Of a stretch of DNA of 20,908 nt, positions 1-10,324 are shown one piece after another. Below the pieces are notes generated by a model that was given only the letters and a program-made list of their open reading frames with translations, was not told the DNA's origin and made no database searches. Within the stretch, counting starts at the first letter, position 1, and each line of letters opens with the position of its first letter. A program made the translations under genes and the position numbers. Source of the DNA: Octopus sinensis (lineage: Eukaryota); the NCBI RefSeq assembly GCF_006345805.1, contig NW_021823836.1:1-20908 (forward strand), in the 5' to 3' direction.

Positions 1-120
1 ATAATATATATATATATATATATATACACATGCATATGCATAACTATAATGTATATATATGTATGTGTACATACATACATATATATATATATATATGTAT
101 GTATATATATATATATATTA
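1..120. repeat. (TA)n/(TATG) microsatellite, representative of dozens across the window
   Basis: Direct reading; similar tracts near 225-280, 1788-1824, 4723-4860, 6430-6940, 8640-8730, 10230-10330, 13725-13755, 17855-17990 and 18165-18360. Confidence 0.95.
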
Positions 121-233
121 CCTTCTACAGATGGAAATATGTAATTTTAAAATTAAATACAAATAAAAAAAAAGAAAATTTGGTATAAAATTAATATATG
201 TAATAAAAAATAATTATTCAAGAATAAGTTGTT

Positions 234-264
<31 letters not shown>

Positions 265-535
265 ATATATATATATACATATGTAAACAAATTAAAAAAA
301 TAGAAAAAGAAATATAAAGAGAGAGAGAGATAGAGAGAATTTTTTTTTCTTATTTTAAATATTCTAGCAAAAGTATAAAAAAAATAAGTTGAAAAAAAAT
401 ATATATGTATGTATATAAGTGGACAGAAAGTTATCTTGGTCCATACAACCAAAAAAAGGAACCGTAAATATAAGGAAGTCAAAATTCCAGTAAAAAAAAA
501 TGAACATGCTCTTATGATGAAATAGTAGTAATAAC

Positions 536-573
<38 letters not shown>

Positions 574-1780
574 TAAAAATAAAAATAAAAATAATACAAA
601 AACATGTTTTGTTTATTAAAATATAATATTGAACTTTGACAAAGATAACAGGAATTGACAAAGCACTGACTCCAACAGCAGTCAATCAACAGCAACGTCA
701 ATATTAAGAATAATGTCCACAAGAAAAGGAAACTGAACTTCAACTGTGTCAATGTCAACCGTCAGTGTGTTCTGTCCCTCCTTCTACGTTTGTCTATCTT
801 ATATATATACTAGCACATTGACACACTCAACAGCAGAAATATGTCAAAGCCAAGTGTAACAACGACGTGGGCTTATTGGTAAAACTAGCTTGGAAGCAAT
901 ACATTTTTTGAAAAGAGATTAACTAAATCACTAATGAGTTTATATTATATATATACATGCATAAATGTATGCATTTATACCTATTGCTTGTTTAGTGTGT
1001 ATTACTGTATTAGGTTTTGGGGATTAACATTGGTTAATTGCTTTAACTCCCAAGTTTAATACAGATTTCTATCTGTTTTTATTTCTAAAATCAGCGATGT
1101 TTGTGTCCCCAAGATTTGATTGCCAATATATTGAATTAGTGTGGTATCTAATTCCTTGTTTCAATATATGTAAATAGCAAATCAAACGACGTCAACTAGT
1201 GTCAAACATAAAAAAATTTCTTTTGTCAAACATGCACGACAAATATTCAAAAATGTCAAAGATGTCAAACATATGTCAATTATATAATAAGACAAGCCAT
1301 ATTTTCTGTCAGATATCTCCAAAATGTTCTCAGACACTGTCAAATGAATTGAGTAACAGATCTAATGACAAAGAAGCCGTCACTGCCCGTCATGCAAACA
1401 TAGTCCGAAATGACTGTAAATTTAGTCAATAGGTCAACTTGTAATGTCACAGTAATTATTTCGTCTTACTGTACGATGTCACCATTAAACATTATATTGT
1501 TGGTCTCTCTCCCTATTTATATATATGATTGGTTATTAAATCGATAATGGATGCACTGATCAACAAATCAGATGTGATATACGATTGTATACTTAGTGGA
1601 GGAATAATAATTTTAGTTTCGTCACTCTCTATATGGAACCGTATGTCATGATCTGGTCTTTTAGTAAAATGCTTGGTCAAAGTTTCCACACTCATTCCTG
1701 ATCTTTTTTCCATGTCAACATTGTCACGTATGGAGTGAAAATATCCATTTAAACAGTCAAACTCTGTAATCAGATTGGTC

Positions 1781-1826
<46 letters not shown>

Positions 1827-1944
1827 CAGTGGACAGACACAAAAGAAGACAAATAGAAAGAATTTAAGTGAAATTTTGAGAGAAAAGGAGAGGCAGATAA
1901 ACTAACAGAAAAACAATTATATAAATTAAAACAAAGTCAAGCTT

Positions 1945-2640
1945 ATGGATGGATAAATAGATAGAACCTTTCATAGTTGGACATTTGATAATTAACATAT
2001 GGGCACTTGGAATTCAACAGTTGTGTATGAATGGGTGGAATTTGACAGCAAAATATATGGATGGACAGAATTAGACAGTAAAAAATATGAATGGACAGAA
2101 TTTGACAGTAAAATTCACGAACAGGTGGAATTTGACAGTAAAATGTATGGATGGATGGAATTTGACAGTAAACAATAAGGATGGACAGAATTTAAGAGTT
2201 CATACATGGATGATTTAGCAAAATTTGGCTGTAAATAGATGTATAAATAGACACAAATTTTTACATTTAAGGCATGTTGGGTGGACATAATTTAAAAGTT
2301 GCTCTGTGGGTTAAAAGAATTTGACGGTAAATATATGGATGGACAAAATTTGACAGTTAATTGTTCGATGGACAGAATCTGGCTCTAAGTAGATTGATGG
2401 ATGGAATTAGTTCTTTATGTTGATGGACAAAATTTGGCAGTTAATATATGGGTGGACAGAATTTGATCGTTAATTGTTCAATGGACAAAATTTGACTGTT
2501 GGAAGTTTGATGGACGCAATTTGACAGTTAATATATGGGTGGACGGAACTTGACAGTTAATTGTTGGATGGACAGCATTTGACTGTTAGCAGCTTGATGG
2601 ACGGAATTTGACAGTTAGTATATGGGTGGACGGAATTTCG
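1945..2640. repeat. Degenerate minisatellite with 30-bp then 29-bp units, consensus ~ATGGACAGAATTTGACAGTTAATATATGG
   Basis: TTTGACAG recurs at 2041, 2101, 2131 and 2161 (30-bp register). TGGAC recurs at 2424, 2453, 2482, 2511, 2540, 2569, 2598 and 2627 (29-bp register). Confidence 0.85.
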
Positions 2641-2764
2641 CATGTGAATGGTGCGAATGGTCTGGTGGAACGGAATTCCTCCTTTTGGCAAAGATGGAGA
2701 TTCCTTTTTCCTCCTTGTTTCCTCGATAACTTGGCTGTATTTGGAGTGTTCTCGTTGGTCTGTT

Positions 2765-2922
2765 TTGTCATGTTGCTGTTGTTGTTGTAGTAGTTGTTGC
2801 TTATGTTGAATAAAAATAAAGAATAAAGATTGTTATTAATGTTCTTATTCTTGTTGCTATTGTTCTTTATGTTGTTGTTGATGTTGCTTAAAGGGTCAAG
2901 AACAAAAGCAACACCTTAATCA

Positions 2923-2961
<39 letters not shown>

Positions 2962-3085
2962 AATAATGATAATAATAATAATAATATGGATAGTAAAGAA
3001 AAGGCAATGATGAAAGTGATAATAGTAATAATAATAATGACAATAATAATAATAACAACAACAACAGCAACTGCTACTATACTAC
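2765..3085. repeat. Compound triplet microsatellites (TTG)n, (TAA/TGA)n, (CAA)n, (CTA)n downstream of the scratch stop codon
   Basis: Direct reading; could be 3' UTR or intergenic. Confidence 0.85.
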
Positions 3086-3526
3086 TACTGTAACAGCTGT
3101 TTCTGTGATGGAGATTGGCCAGGAGTCTAGAATGCTCCCACTGTAAAAAACTTTTTAAGGAAGATTTGGCACAGTTATGGACGGACGTTTTGTTGTTGTT
3201 GTTGTTGGGTTTTATTGCTGATGTTCTTGTTAGTGAAGTTTCATTCTGCAAAATAACTTCTTTTATTATATACGAAATTATCGTTTAATGGCAGAAATAC
3301 TAATGTGTGTGTGTGTGTGAGACTTCTTTCGTTTTCTCTTCTTTTTTCTGGACACGATACAACTTCTGACTTGTTATTTTTCTTTATAAATTATTGTTGT
3401 TGTTGTTGTTGTTGATGACGATGCTGATGTTGTTCCTGCTGTTGTTGTTATTACAGTTCTTTGTTGTTTTTTAAATATTTTTTTTGTTTTGTTTTATTTA
3501 TTTTATTTTATGCTTGATGTTTGAAA

Positions 3527-4305
3527 TCAATGTCGATATCTCTGTCCCCGCATACACGAAGATTCCTCGTGTTTGTATAAATAACTCTTGAGAGCGAAAG
3601 CTTTGCCACATCGGCCACAGACGTATGGCTTCTCCGTCGAATGTGTCTGGATGTGGGCTCTCAAGTTGGACTTATCGGCAAAGGCTTTTCCGCACTTGGG
3701 ACAGGAAAACGGTTTCTCCCCGGTGTGTGTTCGGATATGTCCTTGTAACAACCACGGTCGGCTGAACCGCTTCCCACAGTACGGGCATGCGCAACCCTGC
3801 GTATGCGTGCGCACGTGCATGCTGTACGCTGGCATGGAGACGTATACTTTTTCACAGTGAGGACATTTCCGTGCTTTCTTGTCACTGACGCTTCGGTGCG
3901 TTTGGCGATGGCGTGCCAGGTTACTCGAAGTGCTATAACGCTTACCACAGTCGATGCAAATATGGGTGTCGCTTAGGGAGCTAATCCGTGTCGCATCGAG
4001 TTCAAATGTTGTGAGTGGAGGCGATCTTGGTTCTGTCTCCAATTCTGTTCGGTTTATGGAATATTCTGCTACAGCGGGCTGAAGCGTTTGGAAGTAACGC
4101 TCAGACCAATCGTTGCTGTCACACGAAGGTTTTGATTGAGGGCTGTGACCCATCAAGTCAAATAGGAATGATGTGTGCTCTTTGCATTCCAAAGAACTGT
4201 ATTCGTTGTCGGAGAGTGTGAGTTCACTCCTGCTGTCTGTAGTAGGAATGGAACACCCACTATCACTGTCCGTTTCATCTGAAGAGCTTTTCGTGAGTTC
4301 ATATT
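3527..4305 (-). CDS. scrt: Terminal coding exon of a Scratch-family (Snail superfamily) C2H2 zinc-finger transcription factor, probably scratchB/Kahuli-like; 5'-partial
   Basis: Five fingers: [90 protein letters not shown] and a C2[40 protein letters not shown] and FALKSYL are Scratch-diagnostic. The frame stays open upstream of the tracked ORF ([16 protein letters not shown]...) to a pyrimidine tract plus TTTTGTAG acceptor (AG at 4307-4306), giving phase 1. Stop TGA at 3529-3527; 258 codons from Tyr at 4303. Confidence 0.93.
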
Positions 4306-4338
4306 CTACAAAAGACAGAATGGAAAAAAAAAGAAAAT
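4306..4338 (-). other. 3' splice site (polypyrimidine tract + TAG) of the intron preceding the zinc-finger exon
   Basis: Minus strand reads TTTTCTTTTTTTTTCCATTCTGTCTTTTGTAG|AATATGAA; a phase-1 intron is typical of snail/scratch genes. Confidence 0.8.
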
Positions 4339-4413
4339 TATTATTTGGAGATGAGGAAACATATTTAAAGTATTATCTATAACAGACTAATTCAAAATAT
4401 CCTTTCTATTATA

Positions 4414-4571
4414 GGCACAAGAGGGGGCTAGTTGATTTCGTCGACTCTAGTACTCAACTGCTACTTATTTTATCGCAACCGAAAGGAAGAAAGGCAGAGT
4501 CATCCTCAGTGGGCAAAATGCCGCTAAGCCCTTCGTCCGGCCTCATAAGGATTCTGTAGCTCACGGCCTTA
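4414..4571 (-). mobile_element. Internally deleted SINE copy (octopus-type family)
   Basis: Shares the GGCNCAAG...AGTACTCAA.TG.TACTT.TTTTATCG...GAAAGG module with 14608-14724; family identity recalled, not searched. Confidence 0.6.
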
Positions 4572-4771
4572 AACCAAAGCATAATATGACAATACTTTAA
4601 TATGAACTGAAGGAAACGGTTCCTCTTTTTTTTTTTTACCTGATGTAATATTTTTGTTCATAAATAAAGAACATGCCTGAAACAGCTGTAGTGGACCTCA
4701 ACACATCTGTGTCATTGTTTTGATATATATATATATATATATAATGTATGTATGTATATTGTACATATACA

Positions 4772-4812
<41 letters not shown>

Positions 4813-6345
4813 GTATACATATGAATATGTACAATATATATACATATATATATGTATATATACAGAGAGAGAGATGGGGAAGGGGTAAATAGATACCAGT
4901 AATTACCATGGGGTTCATATACCAGTAATATCAGATTTATTAAACATTGCTTAACATGTAGTACATGGAAAGTAATCCATGTTTATTTTACAGAAATCTT
5001 GTCCCATTTAGACATGAACAAACTCTTTCCCACCTCTCTCTCTCCCTGTCTTTCTCTCTCTCTCTTCCTCTCTCTCTCTCTCTCTCTGCTCCTCTTCCCC
5101 GCTTCTTTGAACCTCTGCCACTTGTAAGAACACAAGACATATGGCGCGTAGAAGGGCAAAACTGGGTGGCGTGGGAACTGAACAAAATAGAGTTGTTAGT
5201 GGGTGGCGGTGGGGGTGAAGGGGGTTGCAGCAGTGTTTTTCGGGTGTGAGACAAGGGTGTGAGGTGGTTGAATGCGGGGAGGGGAGTGGTGGTGAGGGTG
5301 AAAAGGTCGTGGGTAGAAACAGTTAAAAAGGTAGGTTCGGAGGATGAATGGATGTCGTGGTGGTGGTGGGAGGGGGCGGTATGTTAACTTGACCACATAG
5401 TGGATAAAATACGATGACCACATGCCACCGGGTCATTCCATAATGTGTGACCAGTGCAGACAAACATACATATGCACACACAGACATCCAAAGATACGCA
5501 CATACACCCCACACACACACACAGACACATACAGAAAGACATATACACTTATACAGAGAGGGAGAGAGAGAAAGAGAAACAGCTATACATATATATGTAT
5601 ATAGCTGTTTCTTTCTCTCTCTCTCTCTCTCTGTATATATATACATATATATGTGTATATATATTTACATATATGTGTGTGTGTGTGCATACATACAGAC
5701 TTGTATTTGTGATTGTGATAGCAGTGGTAAATATTCTTGGCTGGTAGTAGTAGTAGTAGTAGTAATAGTAGTAGTGGTAGTGGTGGTAGTAGTAGTAGTG
5801 GTGGTAATAGTGGCTGTTGTTATAGACGGTGATATCGGCTGTGGGAGATGGTTTGCAATTGAGTAGAAAGATTCCGTGAGAAGATGTATTTCTCCCTCGT
5901 CGACCCACCCCCACTTCGTAAAACACCCACACCCTCACACACATATACGCATACAGTGACACAAACATCAAACATGATTTGCTCACATCGGTTTGGTCTG
6001 AAATCTTAAGTTCTCCTTTTTCACCATTCTCATCCCACCCCGCTCCCACTCACCCGCTTCCCTCGACCTCCACCCTATATCCACACCCCGCCATCTTCAT
6101 CCACCCACCCCCCGGCCTACCACAACCACCAGGGTACATGTGTCATCAGTTTAGAATCAACAGGTTGCTGTGCGTGTGTTGAGCTTCGCTGCTTATACTG
6201 TGTGTATATAAATATATATATATGTATGTATATTTAAATGTGTGTGTGTGTGTATGTTGCGTATATATATATATGTATACATATAGCAGTGAAGATATGC
6301 ACTATGTGTACTAGATGTGTGTGAGTGTGTGTGTGTGTGTGTGTG

Positions 6346-6499
6346 TACATCTGTGTCTTGTGAGAAAATCCAAGAGAATAATTCTTGAGAAAAGTTCTTG
6401 GGAACCAAATTTATGTAGAAGAAAAGAGGTGTGTATATACATGCATATATATATGCAGACATACAGGCAGGTTGGCAGAGATGTATAAATACAAATGTA

Positions 6500-6540
<41 letters not shown>

Positions 6541-6901
6541 TATACACACACATATACATAAACATTTATATATATATATATATTATATATACACACACAT
6601 ATACATAAACATTTATATATACATGCATATATATATGTATCCGTATGTATATGTATATACATGCATACGTAAATACATACCCAAACATACACATACGCAT
6701 ATATATGTGTGTATATAATATATGTATGTATATATGTATATATTTGTATATATATATATGTATATATTTGTATATATATATATGTATATGTATATGTATA
6801 TGTTATATATATATGTATTGTATATGTATATATATATGTAATGTATATGTGTGTGTATATATATATATGTATATAATATATATATTATATATATATTATA
6901 T

Positions 6902-6938
<37 letters not shown>

Positions 6939-7036
6939 GTATAACACACACCTCTCCTTTTACTTCAACATCAATTTGGTTCCCAGAACTTTCTCGAGAA
7001 ATATTCTCTCGGATTTTCTCACAAGACACAGATGTA
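6346..7036. mobile_element. MITE-like or inverted-duplication element: ~90-bp inverted arms around a microsatellite core
   Basis: 6346-6434 is the reverse complement of 6945-7036 at roughly 85% by eye. Ends are TA|CATCTGTGTCTTGTGAGAAAATCC ... GGATTTTCTCACAAGACACAGATG|TA. Confidence 0.55.
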
Positions 7037-7347
7037 ACACAACACACACACACACATTCTTTATGTTCCTTATTATGTGTTGTTACACCCTAGCAGCTGC
7101 TGCTGCTGGTGGGAAAATTGATGGAAACATGTCTTGGCGCATGTGGACGTGGACATTTGACGACGATGGCAGTGGAGGAGGGGGGGGGGTAATGGGGATA
7201 TATCTCAGTTTCTCTTGCCCCTCTCTCTCTCTCTCTCTATATATATAATATATATATTTTTATATAGCCATATATATCTGGGTGTGTATATTTGTCTATA
7301 CATATACATACATACATAAATGCATGCATATATATATATATATATAT

Positions 7348-7860
7348 CATCATCATCATCATCATCATCATTTAGCGTCCGCTTTCCATACTAGCATGGG
7401 TTGGACGGTTCAACTGGGGTCTGTGAAGCTGGAAGGCTTCGTCAGGCCCAGTCAGATCTGGCAGTGTTTCTACGGCTGGATGCCCTTCCTAACGCCAACC
7501 ACTCCGCGAGTGTAGTGGGTGTTTTTTACGTGCCACCCGCACAGGTGCCAGACAGAGCTGGCAAACGGCCACGAACGGATGGTGCTTTTACGTGCCACCG
7601 GCACGGGGCCAGGCGAGGCTGGCAACGGACACGAACGGATGGTGCTTTTACGTGTCACCGGCACGGGGCCAGGCGAGGCTGGCAACGGACACGAACGGAT
7701 GGTGCTTTTACGTGCCACCGGCACGGGGCCAGGCGAGGCTGGCAACGGACACGAACGGATGGTGCTTTTACGTGTCACCGGCACGGGGCCAGGCGAGGCT
7801 GGCAACGGACACGAACGGATGGTGCTTTTACGTGCCACCAACACGGGGGCCAGACAGGCC
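7348..7860 (-). mobile_element. SINE-like interspersed repeat with (GAT)n tail and expanded internal 60-bp array
   Basis: Homologous in inverted orientation to 8388-8638; (CAT)n at 7348-7371 is the tail read on the plus strand. Confidence 0.75.
7521..7860. repeat. GC-rich 60-bp tandem repeat, ~5.5 units
   Basis: Unit GGCAACGGACACGAACGGATGGTGCTTTTACGTG(C/T)CACCGGCACGGGGCCAGGCGAGGCT at 7561, 7621, 7681, 7741 and 7801, plus a degenerate partial unit before 7561. Confidence 0.95.
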
Positions 7861-8103
7861 GATATATATGTATGTATGTATGTATGATGCCAACAATAAG
7901 CAGTAAATACAATTTCAAACAAGGCAGACAGAAAGCACTCAATACACTGAATAAAGCATCAGTTTAATGTTTGTATGAAAAGGGTAATAGAATGACTCTG
8001 ACGTTTCGGATGAAAAACCTTCTTCTGAAATAAAAAAAGATGCAGAGGAAATAGTGAGAAAAAATGAAAAATAAGAGAGATAGACAGATAAATGGATAGA
8101 TAA

Positions 8104-8153
<50 letters not shown>

Positions 8154-8387
8154 AATGGGTAATTATGTATAAAGTAGAGTGATAAAAGGGGAAACATAAA
8201 GAGTGAAGCTCAAACAGAGGTATACAGAGAGACCGGCAATCAGAGGGCATACATGACCACACGCATACATACAAAGCATATGTATATATGCATAAATCTA
8301 TTGATATATACATGGCAACATACATAAATATACATAAATACATACATATATATTATCAACATCAATGGAATTTGTAGCTGTGATACC

Positions 8388-8638
8388 AGTGCCGGTGGCA
8401 CGTAAAAAGCACCAATGATCGTGGCCGTTTGCCAGCCCCGTCTGGCACCTGTGCAGGTGGCACATAAAACGCACCCACTACACTCAGAGTGGTTGGCATT
8501 AGGAAGGGCATCCAGCTGTAGAAACACTGCCAGACCAGACTGGAGCCTGGTGCAGCTTTCTGGTTTCCCAGATCCCCGGTCGAACCGTCCAACCCATGCT
8601 AGCATGGAAAGCGGATGTTAAACGATGATGATGATGAT
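8388..8638 (+). mobile_element. Second copy of the same SINE-like repeat, opposite orientation, ending in (GAT)n
   Basis: TTAGGAAGGGCATCCAGCTGTAGAAACACTGCCAGA and CCGTCCAACCCATGCTAGCATGGAAAGCGGA match the reverse complement of 7372-7500. Confidence 0.75.
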
Positions 8639-8646
8639 ACTTTATA

Positions 8647-8679
<33 letters not shown>

Positions 8680-9106
8680 CTATATATATATATATATATC
8701 TATATATATATATACTTATATGTATATATGCATGCATACATGTAAAGCTACACATATGTATAATACATCCATGTACACACACAGGAATGATGCGTGCATA
8801 CATACGTATATCCGTACATATAGTAAAGGCTTTCATACATACATTTTAGGCAAAAGAGGCATACAATCAGAGTCAGTCATACAAACAGACATTCAAGACC
8901 CGTCATCATTACTACAAAGCACCCTCTTCCTCCTCCACCCCCTCATCACCAGCATCATTGTCATCACCATACAACCATTGTCACCATAGAAAGAAACTAC
9001 CACCACCACCACCACACCTACTGCCGCTGCCACCGCCATCAGTAGCGTTGCTATGGTTCAGTTTACCAAAACAAGATGGAGATTGCAAAACAAACAAACA
9101 AGACAA

Positions 9107-9185
9107 ATAACAAAGAAAGGAAGGAAAGAAGGAAGGAAGAGGGGAAGAAGGAAAGAAGGAAAGGAAGAAAGGAAGGAAAGAAGGA
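9107..9185. repeat. Polypurine (GAAG/GGAA)n tract
   Basis: Only A and G for ~78 bp. Confidence 0.85.
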
Positions 9186-9486
9186 ATCAAAACGAAAACA
9201 AACTCGAATATTTAGGAGAATCTTCTGGAAGTTTTCGATTTCTTCACTCTATTTTGCTTTCATATGGATATATATATACTCTGCTAACGGTATGTATACA
9301 GATAACATGTATATATACATATATATATATACACGTATACACCCCTTCAAGGTATTTCATGAAGTCTATATTGTTTTCTCTTCATCTCTGTCTGTCGGCC
9401 TGTTTGTCTGTCTGTCTATATACCCATGCATGCATGCATACATACCTGCATCTTACACACACACACACACATATATATATGTAATG

Positions 9487-9522
<36 letters not shown>

Positions 9523-10281
9523 ATATATAAACATATTGTATTTATATTGCTCTCTCTGTTTCACTCTATCTTTCTCTCTCTCTGATTGCCAATATATCTA
9601 TCAATATATTTATGTTTTCCTGTTTCGATGTAAGCATACATGTACACACACACACACACACACACCATACTGTATGTGTACATATATATTTTATACTACA
9701 CACTTTATTATGTTTATATAATACCATACTCTAAACATACATACACATACATACATGCTCACACACACATACATATATACACACATGTATATATCTATTA
9801 TATATATACGCACATATATTTCATGTATATATAATACATACACACACAACACCTCAAATATATTTATATATACATACATACATATATATATGCACACGCA
9901 CATTCCTTCAAAAGTTTTCATAACGAACAGGTGTTGATAATATTCCTGAAAGGTGTAAAACGAAACCCAAATGTCAGCCACAGTTTCTCTAATATTCCAT
10001 TCTATTTAGAGTGGAGCCACTGGTCGCCCCTGTTACTCTCTAACCCAGTCTAATGGACTTTTGTTGATATTTACAGAGTTTCATAAGTTATGACGTTGGA
10101 AGCGTCTGTGTATTTTGGTGCAGGTTACAGTTGGCACCCAAAACCATCTGATATTCCAGACACTGTTTGTCTGGCAAATCCGTGGTCGAAAACATATGGA
10201 AACACACGCATACATACATACAAACAGACATACATGTAGTTGTGTGTGTATATATATACACATAAAAATATATATACATAT

Positions 10282-10324
<43 letters not shown>

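Noticed and set aside
1513-1842. 109-aa minus-strand ORF with ~90 non-repetitive codons
   Set aside because: No recognisable domain or splice signals, and the start lies across a (TA)n tract; a BLASTP hit would be needed.
3588-4382. Plus-strand ORFs overlapping the zinc-finger exon
   Set aside because: Antisense shadows of the real CDS.
4521-4560. Hammerhead-like CTTATGAGGCCGGACGAA on the minus strand
   Set aside because: Core CTGANGA is broken, stems do not close, and it is the diverged head of a SINE.
7561-7860. CRISPR-like appearance of the regular GC-rich repeats
   Set aside because: Units are contiguous with no unique spacers, sit in a SINE-like element, and the context is eukaryotic with no cas genes.
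7401-7967. Overlapping repeat-protein ORFs (188, 150, 122 and 104 aa)
   Set aside because: Artefact of a stop-free 60-bp unit; no domain features.
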